Below, in pieces: positions 52,265 through 64,000 of a stretch of DNA of 64,000 nt. Every line of letters begins with the position of its first letter. Position 1 is the first letter of the stretch. The DNA is taken from assembly GCA_965649765.1 (NCBI GenBank), contig OZ287751.1, positions 100,130,001 through 100,194,000 on the forward strand. Direction: 5' to 3'. Origin of the DNA: Bispira polyomma (taxonomy: Eukaryota). A program made the translations under genes and the position numbers. The notes beneath the pieces are model-generated. The model worked only from the letters and a program-made list of their open reading frames with translations, had not been told where the DNA came from and did not search any database.

Positions 52265-52490
52265 AGTTAGGTTTTACATCGCTTGCAACAGCTTAGGTCA
52301 TATCCCAATTAAATGGCCAGAATTAATGGTAGAAGAAACCGGTGCTGAAGGCAATGTAAACCACCGACCTACAGCAAGTACCTGACAAAACTTCCCACAT
52401 AAAAGAATAAAGTGGTATTTGAACCCACATCAATAAGAGATCAGTGATTATTACCAACTGCTTCTAATAACTAGGCCACCGCGGCCCCTA
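52265..52490 (-). mobile_element. tRNA-derived SINE family B and relatives (other copies ~1670-1870-, 3180-3290-, 13880-14080-, 18110-18310-, 19180-19395-, 33450-33550-, 41215-41435-, 46130-46340-, 46425-46663-, 46703-46830+, 53385-53490-, 57160-57400+)
   Basis: A-box GGTGGCCTAGT, B-box GGTTCGAATCC, ATCACTGGCCTCTC, GGTGGTTTAC and GACCTAAGCTGTTG recur across copies; boundaries approximate. Confidence 0.75.
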
Positions 52491-55400
52491 TTTTCTGAAA
52501 TTAAAGTCAGACAGAACTAAAATTAAGAACGTAGTAATTAACTTTAACTGTTTCATTTTCAACTATTCACAAAATACCATTTTTCATAATAAAAAAACAC
52601 GAGACAGTTTGTTTTTTGGCGTTGATCAACTTAATAAGAACAACACACACACACACACACATAGAAACTGAGTTAGATTTTTTACCAAGAACTTGATGTA
52701 AAATGCAAAAAAGTGTCATACTCACCTCAGGGAAAGCAATCCCACTTACAGGGAGTGAGTGAAACACACACATGCCATTAAATAAAAACATAGTGTGGAG
52801 GAATTGGTCACTCTCTCTACTATTTAGTTAAATGTCAGAATACTGTTAGAGATAAGCCTCCTCAACCCACTTGTGTGTTATGATGAGGGTTCCCAAAATG
52901 ACAAGTCTCTCCTGGAGTGAGCAGGGGGGAGCATTAATTGCGTGGAGAGAGGACCCAGGGAGCATTAAGTGAATCCTTGTAAAAAGAGTGACATTACTTC
53001 TCTAGAAGGGTGCTGACGCCAAAACTAGTACCATCATGAAACATGGCCCCAATAGGTCAGATAGGTTTTAAAACAGGGAGGGGGGGGGGGGGGTAATATT
53101 AAGGTATTTATCAACTTGCTTATTTGTGTGTCCCCACAACTGTATGAACCAATGTTAAACTATAATAAAACAACGTTGAGAACTGTAAAAATGGCAGTTC
53201 AGGAATTTACAAAGTCATATCGGAGGTCTTTAGGTTTCAATTTGAGTTTATAATATATCTTTGTACAGCTATACCCTGCAGCTATAAGCATTTAGCACTG
53301 AGGTCAAAATAAGGTATCAAGTATTACATCTTATTTATGTATATTAAGAGTGCTTAAATTCATTTGGAATTTTCAATTTAGTTGGCAAAACTTCCCACAT
53401 AAAGGAATAAAGTGGTATTTGAACCCACATCGATAAGAGATCAGTGATTATTACCAACTGCTTCTAATAACTAGGCCACCGTGGCCCCTTTTTTCTAAGA
53501 TTCTAAGAATTAAACCATTCTTATATATATATATACTGTGTATAGAAAATGTAATTAGCTAATTGTTACTATCATCTTGTTTTTAGTTTTGATAAAGATC
53601 AGTATTACATATAGCATTTTCTTAATTGTATGTGTGTGCTTATGTCATTATCATTAAGAAAAAATAAATTATAACAGTACTAGTGTCGTTCAGCAATAAG
53701 ATGGTTTAAAAATGACATAAAAGCAAACTAAAATGAAATGAAACTTTAAATTGCAGTGTCACCTCATGCATGTTAAAGTCGCCTTTTGCATTACATACTC
53801 CAATAACTTCTCATTTTCCCTTGGACCCAAAAACTGTATAAAACTGTCAAGTATATTTTTTTTACTCTAATGACATCCGAGTCATTAAAGGTTTTTTTAT
53901 ATGCCTAGTTGGACAAGACTTGAATACCAACATATTTACACACACAGTGGATCACTGGATCACATGACCAGTAATCATATGTCGGTGATGTATTATTGCC
54001 CAAGCCAAGACTAGGCCCTATCCACTGTACATTGTGTGTGAGATATTGGTTATAGAATTCTCTCAAATGTACTCATTGCTTTAAATAAGGTCAGGTTCAT
54101 ATGAAATCTTATTCGGGCAATGGTGATATATCCAAATTTTTCATAGTCAAAGGGGATAGACAAAATGGCTACTTTCTCCAGAATTACCCCTTTTAACCCC
54201 ATGTTGTTGACTAAAAGCTTGTTATTCCAACAGTGTATGTCTGTCGGCAAGCATTCGACACCTCAAAAAGTATTATTTTCTATTTAATTTCATCGCAACA
54301 GGAAATTGTACAGCAGAATACCCTGTGTAAAAAAACTTATGCGAGGCCATTATTGAATGCCAGAAGTAGTATGTATTTTAGTGACCGACTCCAGCTAACT
54401 GTAAGATGATTCCCGCAAACATTTACGGCAGCCCCCAGCGATAGTTTTGTCTTGGGCTCATCAAGGGTCAACACTACGAGTGGTCATAATTACCATTATT
54501 ATCAGGTGCAGACTGATCTTGTTTTGAACTCTGAAAAAAAGCACGGCAATCTTTAAAAGTGAGGCCAATTTGGAAATAATATGCAAGGCATCCATGGATT
54601 GGTTGGAATCAGATAATATTATCAGGCGATAATCAGGCACACCCTGGTATTGCCGCCATGTTGGAAATCATATGCAAGACCTTCATCAATTGGTTGGAAG
54701 CAATCGATCAGGCCAAATTGAGGGGTGTCAGTCAAACTGTGTCTTTTTTTTAAAAGACCACTCTTGCTTCCCCTATCGCTGAATTTTCACTAGATGAAAT
54801 AATGATGTTAACAATATGGATGCGAGTTCTTACCAGTAACGACTCTGCTAAGAAGTCTTTGCATGGGGGAATAGGTGATTCCCCTGAATCAAAGTTCTTA
54901 CTGTGACATTCCATTAGAGGATGTATTATAGGCTTAGTGGCACAGGGCACTAAGGTCCCCAGTTTGAATCTGGGCCAGAGCTTTAAGTGGCAAAAGTTGG
55001 CAGTTTCTTGCCGATGGTCGCTGGTTTACAGTATAGAATCTTGTCGCTCACTAATATACCTTACTGGTTTCCTCCAGCACTAAAAACTGCCCATCGTGAT
55101 ATGAACTTATACAATGTGTTAAAAGCGACGTTGAATCCCAAATTGAATCAACTTAACAGTAATAAAGTTACCAGGAAAATATCCTGACTAAATATAGGTG
55201 CACGTTTTCCCCAATATATATAATACTGCTTCTATTTTTGAAATGGTTTTGTATGTAATATCCATTCTACACTGTAGTCAAATTTGCAGGTTAATTAATA
55301 CCCTTTTTCGTCTATTTGTCAAAGAGTGTGCTATATTTTGGTAATATGGCACATGATTTCTCACAACCTCTCCCTCAACTCAAGCAGAAAATTAACACTA

Positions 55401-56559
55401 AACCATGTGAAATCGTTCAATCGTTTTATCCCCCACTTCTGTGGTCATTTATTAGACCCATGTGCTGGTTGTTGACAAAAACCTGTTGCTAATTAGTTAG
55501 CATTCTCAGCCAAGTTGTTGTAATGAAATAGGCCCTCATTCCTAGAACCAGATCACCTAGGAAAAATCAATTACTGTTGCAAGCAGTTGTATACAATAGT
55601 TTTTTGTTGTTTTTTTTTTTTGTTTCATTTGCTGTTTCCTATCCGAAAACTTCTGCTTGGCTAACTTTATATTATGCTTTTGCAATATTTATAATGCAAT
55701 AAACACCACACTAAAATTAATGGTAATAAATTAAATGAACAATTGTTTTTAACGTTTGTTTAACATAATTACAGTAGATATTCGAATTTTCTAGTATCCC
55801 AATTAAAATTCACATTTTTTATTTTTTATGGTTAAAGCAAAAAATATAATTTTTAGCATTAATGACCTGCACAGTGCAACCAGTCTGTGTTAATTTTTTC
55901 AGATTTTTATCAATCTGATCTAACTTTTATAGCACTTATTTCTGTGCTAGCAGATTCTAAGGCGCATGAGACAGAAAATCATTTTGACCATTTTATATAG
56001 CCATCGGATGTACAGAGGTCATGACCATGAAGATGCCAGAAAAAGTTAAGGTGGAAAATTATTGTTAAATAGGTAGGTCTTGAGCTTTTCCCTGGCAAGT
56101 GAGGAGGCAGTGTGATTATCACGAGGCAGATCATTGCACAGCTTAGGAGTATTATATGAGAAACTATTGTCAAAATGTCTTTTTGAACTTGTGAACTGAT
56201 CGTACAAAGGTGGGCACACTTAAAGAAGCATTTTCAGGCCTACTTTGCCTTGTATTGCATATTGCGAGCTGAATTGAGATATTTATAGACTAATACCCCG
56301 GCTTCACTATGCCGATCATACACCCCGACCTTATACCCCTGTACCACTATGCTAATCATGCCCCCCCCCCCCCCCCCCGACCTTAACAATTATAAGTTTG
56401 GGGGCCATTATCATGGACGATTCGCCCCATTAATGACTTACCTCTTGATGAAAACACTTATCTTTTCCAATCGAGGAGGTCGCAGAGGTTTTCAAAGATG
56501 TTACTTAACCTCTGCAAGCGAGTGTGTATCGGTTGGGCCCCCTCCAGAGTTATCTTTTC

Positions 56560-56810
56560 CTTGTAATGACTTATCTCTTTCAGTTAAGACTGATCTTTTC
56601 CTTCAAACCACCTATTTTTTGATGAAAAGACTTATCTCTTCCAAAAAATTAAAAATTTTACCTCAAACAGCAAAGCTGGCAGACTTATCTTTATGAGATT
56701 GTGGTGGGTTTAAGACCCATCTTTTTCAGTTAACTTAAATTTTACTTCCAACTACTTATCTTTTCCTTCCAAAGACTTATCTTTTGGGCCCTCCAAACTT
56801 ATCTTTTCAA
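56560..56810. repeat. Degenerate GACTTATCTTTT repeat array
   Basis: About eight spaced copies of the motif. Confidence 0.65.
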
Positions 56811-59800
56811 TCTTTATACGCAAATTTTCCCGCCTTTTTTTAAATCATAGAGAAATGCAAAGGATTGGCCAGGATCATATTATCAGGGCCACTTCCGATT
56901 ATAGTATTGATAGTGAAACAGCCCCATAAGGTAGCAGTTTTGAATATTGCTCTACACTCAATAGCAGTGGAGGGTTTATGGAACATGAGTAATGTAACTA
57001 AACGTGGATAGCTTAAACTCCTAAAAGAAACACGCAACCCATAAAAATTGTATTTTAGCTAAAATTAAATTTTCTTTGTACTGTATCAATCAGGCCAATA
57101 GAACAAATCAAGCTGTTATAGGCAGATTATTTTCATGAGGGTAAACTCAATCACTCCCAAGGGCGTGCAATGGTGGTGGCCTATTGGTTGGTTATAAGCA
57201 TCCGCTTTGAAATATCACTAACCTCTCACCTCAGTCAGGACAGTAGAATCGATTCCCACTGCTTCCTTTATGTGGGAAACATTTGCCCGATACTTGCTAT
57301 AAGGTTGGTGGTTTCAAAATACAAATATATTAGCGGTTTCCTTCAACGTTAAATCGGACAATATGACCACAGAGTTGTAAGCGGGACGTAAAAATCCTAA
57401 ATAAATTCAAATCCAATCATCCCCACTATTGCATAATTTAATTTTTTTACAACTGGGAGAAATCTATCGTAGGTAAACTTACAGATAGCTGGAGTCATTA
57501 AAACACACACCACAGACTACTTACAGCATTAAATAATAGCCTAGCATTTAATTATTTAAACAAATGAGTCTGATGTACTATCACTTTCCTATTGCAAGGA
57601 ACTGAAGGAAACTAAAAAGGTGTTGATTGCTTGTCAGCAGACATATGTTCTCGGAATAACTAATGCTATCAACGGGTTTCTGACAACCTAAATAAATAAA
57701 TATCTTTTTAAAGCGATGGACACCGTTCACAGCCCCAGCCTGGGTTCTTCCACTTGTCCATAAATTGTTTACTCTCAGCTCGGTGATGGAGCATACACTA
57801 GCCATGCTGCAACATACGGCGTACAGACTAACACCCATTAGCATCTAGGGGCAAAAAGGTTAAAGGTCATCAATATTTCTATTTTAAGCCAGACAGGATA
57901 TAATAACAATGTAATGTAAATTGATTGCACAATGAATTGGAACCATTTAAGCTTAGGCTTGTGTCCTACAACGTAGCCTTGGTCGTAGCAATGGCATATT
58001 AACATCTTGCCTAGGGATGGTTATCCGACAAATAAACAGAATTTGCAGGAGTCAAACCGAGGACCTTCCAGACCAACTCCCCGCACTGGGAATTGAACCG
58101 GGAGCTTCAGATCACCAGACCCACTCTAACTACTAGACCAAGGGACTGCATTACATCTATGAAATGGTGTTTGTAAAACCAAGTTGTAACGATCATACTT
58201 TATAATAAGCTAGTTTTATAACCTATACTTATGAGATATATACCATAAATATATGTACCACATTTTCTTTTGAAAGATCAGTACAGCTAATCGTGTTTAG
58301 TGTTACAAATTATTATATTAATATTGCTGTATTCCATTAGCTTCCTGCCCCTCAACTGACAAACTGACGTGTCTCATTTTGATGCCTTCAATCACAAACT
58401 GTTGATTCCAGGTCCAAATGCCTTGAAGATTAGTTATTATTCATGAAGGGCTACTAACACTGCCTTAAGGGGTGGGGGCAGAGATGTCTTCCTAATAAAG
58501 AACCTTAGGTTCCCATCTGGCCGTAATTCACAGCCTATTGAGTTTATCTAATGAGGCTGTCCCCATTTAGCAGTCTCTGGCACTAGAGAAGTGGATGACT
58601 GCAGAGCTATGTGTGGGGGATCAGGAGGGGGAGGATTGGGAGAGGAATGAGGGGGGACAACTAAATCAATCTAAAGTAAGTACATAAACGTCTAAACCAT
58701 TCTGTGTTGACATATATTGACATATTAAAAGTGTCACATCTGCTATGGATATATGCATTGTTATTCTGTACTTTGTTACACAAGAAAACTGAGTTGGATG
58801 AAGCACAATAAAAGTGTGTCCCTTCCTTTTTCTGAGCCCTCAGTTGTGTACGATAAATACTTTCACCTTCCCAAAGCAGTATTAGAAGCCGATCAGAGAT
58901 CGAGTAGTTGATAAAGAATTCTAAACTGCAATCTTCCAGACTTCAGCAATTCTACTGCCAACGTGCCCCACATATGCACACGTGATGTGGTAGATCGAAT
59001 CCTCACTACAGAGGTACTAGTCAAAAAGTGTTTGACCTCTACATCCCTGACACAATATTAAAGAACTAACACCATTACTACTGTTTCTAATTAAATATTA
59101 CAAATGAGTAGGTTTTACTACTGTAATTATATACCAAAGATCCTTTTGCTATGCACAAGTCTGTGCATGTGTTAGTATTTAGAATTTATTATAATTATGA
59201 GGAATTATAGAGGTCACATTTAATTTAACCAGAACAATAGATGGATTTTTTACCTGAAATAGTTCAAACTCCTTCATGTGATTCTAGGGTGTATAAAGAG
59301 ATGCCTTACAGTGAAGACAATACAAAGTGTACCAAAGTACGGGAAACTGGGTGGAGGACACTAAAATACAACTAATCTCTTTGTGTATTAAGCATGGAAT
59401 TTGCCCCGAACTGGAGAGATGTGGTCAACTCAAACTCAGATGATATAACATGATACCATGTTTTATTTTTTTAAAGAAATATAACATACATATTTGACTC
59501 GAGCTAACAGATACAATAAAACAACAATACTAACTGAATTACAGAGCTGAAAACCCATATTATAGCACTTTCGTCAATGAGCTAGCAATAAACTGCAACT
59601 TTTCGTATATCACCTTTTAGTCTCTTTCTATATAGGTTTTAAAATCTAAATTTGAGCTTATGCTTAAACTAAGCTTACACTTACAACTGTAGGAATGAGT
59701 TTTAGAATACCAATTTAAGCATATACTTAGGTAGGACAATCTTTGAGTTTGAAATTGGCTTTAAGTTTAAGATTGCTTTATGAATACCAGTCCCACACTC

Positions 59801-61336
59801 ATACAGGAGTTCTGTGAGAGTTGGTCAGACAAAGAGGACATACAGACAGATAGGGAAGGAGGGAGAGGGTTAATGAGAAAGCCTTGATTGGATAATTGGA
59901 CTTAACACACTGTGAAATAAGGGTGTAAGAAGTTGTCTCTCTGACTGATGGCTGGTCATCTTGAAGAGCAAGGGATTTTGCAACAAGAAAATCTTAGCTG
60001 CTCGCACGCGACAAAGCTTTCTGGCCAGTGGCATGTAAATAATGTGTGGCAAGATTTTACTGAAATCACTACAAAAAGAGGAAAACTCAGTAGAGGGTAT
60101 ACCTCCGCCAAGATGCCTAAAAGTGAAAAAAATGTCCCCTTTCCTTTTAAAATATTTTACAAATAAATCGGTTTACTAGTTATTTTTTTGTGTGTGTAAT
60201 TCAAATCAACCAACGGAACCGGTAAACAATAATAACCTGTGGATAATAATGATGAGAGATAAGCCCGGATGTGTACCCAAGCAAGATTAGTCTTTTAAAA
60301 TGGCAGATCGGAACAAGGCCACTTCATGTAAGCCCAAATATAGCTATTTTACAACCATTTCATTTTCTTGCAGCAGGTCGAGACAAACGAATTGGACCTA
60401 CCTTTATATTAGTAAAAGTAGGTCAGCTACAACACAAAACTAGACAGGGGAATCTTAGAAGTAAAAAGGTGTGTTTCTCTTATGAAATAAACGTCTACGT
60501 ATCTTAAAGTAGACACATAAATTAACCTCAAGAATAAGAAAATTATAACATTTAACAACGATAAAACAAGATGTATATTTCATAAATATTATCAATAAAT
60601 CCACTACCCCCAAAAGGTTCATCTTAGACCTGTTATACATAGGATGGTCGCGCCCAGCAAAAACTCATGTTAAAGGTCCCTGACTAAAAAAAAAACATCT
60701 GCTAATCAGTGTGTAGGTACCTTAACTAGGCCAAAACTCAACTGAGGGGAAATCAACAGTTTAGAAAACAGAATTACAAATGAAAAAGTTTAAAAATCAA
60801 AAACACAATTCCGACATATGCCATTTGAGATATTTTGATAATAAGCATTATTTTGGATATATTTTGACCTGGGTATGTGTATCACCAATATCAAATATAC
60901 CAGGATTTTTGCCAGATTTTAAGTGCCAAAAGAAAAGCTTCCCAGAAAGAAAGGAATTGTGACAATTATATTGTGATGAAGACGAAAACTGGTGGAGGAT
61001 ATTGTGTCAAACAGGACACCCCACAGATACCCTAACAGTCTCAGACCCCATCCATCTCTCTTCATCCTATAGAATATGTCATGTTGTCTTCCCATAGTCT
61101 TGTCCCCAATCATATTTTCTCTCACATTTTATGACAAATTAGGGTCTAGGCTCTTTTATCAGGCTCAGCCTTGATATTGTTTTTATTCTGAAAAGAGCGC
61201 TGCAATCTTTAGAGAAATATGCAAAGCCTTTAAGGATTTGGTTGGAAGCAATCGACCCGATTAAAACTGAGAGGGGTGTCAGATTTATTGCTTTCAGGCG
61301 CAGCATTGGGCCTAAATATATAGTGGCCATATCAAT

Positions 61337-61555
61337 GTTAGTTTCACACTGTGTGCCTATGTCCTTTTTTAAAAAAAGACAACTCTTGTTAAAGTTTTAG
61401 CGCACTGTACTATGTGGAAATTTTGTTACTGTCTTTATTTTGCTGAGTTAACAGTTAGTTTCACACTGTGTGCCTATGTCCTTTTTTTAAAAGGTAACTC
61501 TTGTTTAAGTTTTAGCACACTGTACCAGGTGGAATTTTTGCTACTGTCTTTATTT
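61337..61555. repeat. ~115-bp tandem duplication overlapping a dispersed repeat also seen at ~54540-54775
   Basis: GTTAGTTTCACACTGTGTGCCTATGTCCTTTTTTAAAA occurs twice; TTGGTTGGAAGCAATCGA is shared with ~54690. Confidence 0.75.
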
Positions 61556-61638
61556 TATTCAGTTTATTCTTTTTCATTGCTGTTTTTAACATCTCAAGAC
61601 ATACTGTATTTGTAAGATGTGTTTAAGGTGTTGAGTAA

Positions 61639-61985
61639 AGGTCCAAACACACATAACCGGATCTGCATCCGGATAGGGATCCGTAAAATCATTTAAAAAT
61701 GGATTTGGTTTTCTTCAATTCACACAGGACAGAAAATCAGATCGAATTATGATCACAAAATGAGTGTTTATGTGTTTAAATGTGAAAACTTTTAAGCTAC
61801 TCTGCAGGTCATTGGGAGGGATTCGTATACGGATCCGTCAAAAATTAGAAATGAAATCCGTTTAAATTTTATCTGGCCCGAATCAGCGAATCCGGATCCG
61901 TCTTCTGTGTGTCTGCGTGCACTGTTTTGTTTGTTTCAAAAAGATGCGGATCTCGATCCAGATACGGTTCTGTGTGTCTGGACCT
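61639..61985. mobile_element. PIF/Harbinger-type MITE
   Basis: ~31-bp imperfect TIR AGGTCCA(A/G)ACACACA(T/G)AACCG; TAA on both flanks; internal GGATCC repeats. Confidence 0.8.
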
Positions 61986-62424
61986 TAAGTTTAAGCCAAT
62001 TTAGTATATTATTGTAGCTAAGATTCTGAAAATACTGACCATCCACCCACCCACCGCCCACCCCTTTTTTCTGTTGTTGTTAATTAAAGGAATTAGTGGG
62101 GATTTTTGTTTCTATGGTAACCACCTGTCTATGTGGTCCACTTCTGACATGACTATATTATTGCATTTCGTCCAATTAGCACCACCAAACCAAACATATG
62201 TGGGGTGGGGGAATGGGGGCTCTTTGCTTTCATGTTACAAATTACTTCAACAACAGGGGAAAACGGTGGTAAACAGACAAATATTATTGTTAAAAAAAAT
62301 AAAGCTTTCTCTACTTCACCAACAATGTAGCAACATAGATATATGAAACTCCTCTATTTAACCCTCTGGCAGCCGGCGGCATTTCCTACTCCCAAAACCC
62401 TACGTCTGCCAGCAAGCAGTCGAC

Positions 62425-62455
<31 letters not shown>

Positions 62456-64000
62456 AAAAAAAAAATATTCTTTTAATTCCTTTCAGTTACTCACAATAGG
62501 ATATAGTTTAATACCTACAAGAATACCAATAAAACAACAGTTAATAAACCGTGAAATTAATCTGTTGCCAATGACACATTTAATTGAGAGAATTTGGGGA
62601 ATCGTTTAAACAGCCATTAAAAGTGACCTTCGGTGGTGCATAGATCATTATAAGTTGATTTGGCTAAACTGACAGGCCATTCACCTGATTTACAACCAAC
62701 ACCGTGATTTTACCACATGTAACATGCTCAACAAGAGTGAGGTTTTACTAGAGCTGTTAGTAATTGCTACTATTGAGTGGCTTTTAATGTTGTCCTTAAG
62801 ATATTAGGATATAATCAATTACACTGCAGTGAAGTAAAAATCACGACAGTAAGCATTGTCTGTATGTCCGTGTATATCTACATATTTGTCTAAATATGTA
62901 CTCATACAAACATATTCTTTGCTGGTTTTTCTTTCATGTAAATTTAGAAAACTTAATTATCTCATTGTCATAATGTAATAGATTGTGCTACTATTATACA
63001 ACGAGTATCATATTTTTTTTTTAATTCATAATAACTATATTGCATACAATAGGCATTGTGTAGACTTGCTCAAGCATTGTTATTTCCTTTGTCATATACC
63101 TGTCACGTACGAGCACATTATGATATTATGATATCACTATATGCAGTAAAAATTGGTTGCCCCTGGTAAAATGACAGTGTCAGAAGCCATATTGCCATAA
63201 TAAGGTCTTATTTTGTCTTCTTAACGTTTAACATTCCTGTTTAAAATATTTAAGGACTGACCTACTGTTAGGTCTTAGTGTAAAGCGTAACGTTAAAACT
63301 GAGCAAAGATCTTTTGTTTCTGTCGATGGGACTAAGACCATTAAACATAACCTTTTTAGCAAAAATCAAAGACCAAAAACTCAAGCCTAAGACTTTTTGT
63401 GAATATGACCTCATATCAGTTGGACTTTACAAAATCTACAATGGCCTCATATACTACAAGGGCGGTTTTCACAAAAAGGCTGAGCAAAGATTTTGTCTTA
63501 GATCTAGTATACTTTTGTACTAGATTTAGGCCAATCTCTAGACTTAGCCTTTATTGTGTATATTGTTTACCACCACAGGAGGCAACAGGACTTCAAAAAT
63601 ACCAGGTTTCTGGAAAAAACTAAGTAAATAAGTTAAAAGTTTATTATGCCATATTACTTTTCTTGAGTACATTGTGAATGTTGTCAACAAAAAGCTGATT
63701 TGCGTATTTACATCATATTAAACAGCTTATTTTGGTTGTAACAAACTCTAAGGCGTAAAATACCCACAATCAGAGCTATAAATCACTATTGATTAAAGGA
63801 ACAACGTCGTTATCGATTTGCGTCCACCAAGAACAGGAAAGAGACTATGGAGGGAAATGCATCATTGACCAGATAGGTTTTTAAACTATGCAGGAAGGAA
63901 TGCAGCGATGGAGCTGTTCTAATGTGTGGAGGTAAACTTTTCCATAGAATAAAAGAATAATTTCCCCATTAAACTTTTGTCAAAAGATATCCTTTGACCT

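Noticed and set aside
47100-64000. Short 60-115 aa ORFs in the track
   Set aside because: No recognisable domains or splice-supported exon structure; they overlap SINEs, homopolymers and simple repeats.

Overview
This is AT-rich eukaryotic genomic DNA from an invertebrate; the SINE/LINE/MITE repertoire suggests a mollusc or other marine lophotrochozoan (inference). Most of the window is intronic sequence of an unidentified minus-strand gene, for which I can chain five small, phase-compatible coding exons (47020->115, continuing off the left edge). The introns carry tRNA-SINEs, Harbinger-type MITEs, L2-clade LINE fragments and minisatellites. The key object is a ~9.5 kb block (~21070-30630) in the first predicted intron, holding two unrelated retrotransposon coding modules head-to-head around a ~0.9 kb spacer. 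The minus strand carries a Neptune-type Penelope-like module: a type I hammerhead ribozyme, a separate ~260-aa upstream ORF, then RT + GIY-YIG interrupted by a 5'-truncated LINE. The plus strand carries an Ngaro-type tyrosine-recombinase module: zinc-finger Gag, RT/RNase H without methyltransferase, and YR. Neither half shows its own usual terminal repeats by eye, both are similarly and lightly decayed, and the spacer has a GC palindrome and an outward-facing splice donor. Together these suggest one dual-RT composite retroelement with a bidirectional promoter. The Ngaro half also shows a classic -1 frameshift signal (gag->pol) and an in-frame gag->YR splice. All analysis was done by eye, with no database searches.
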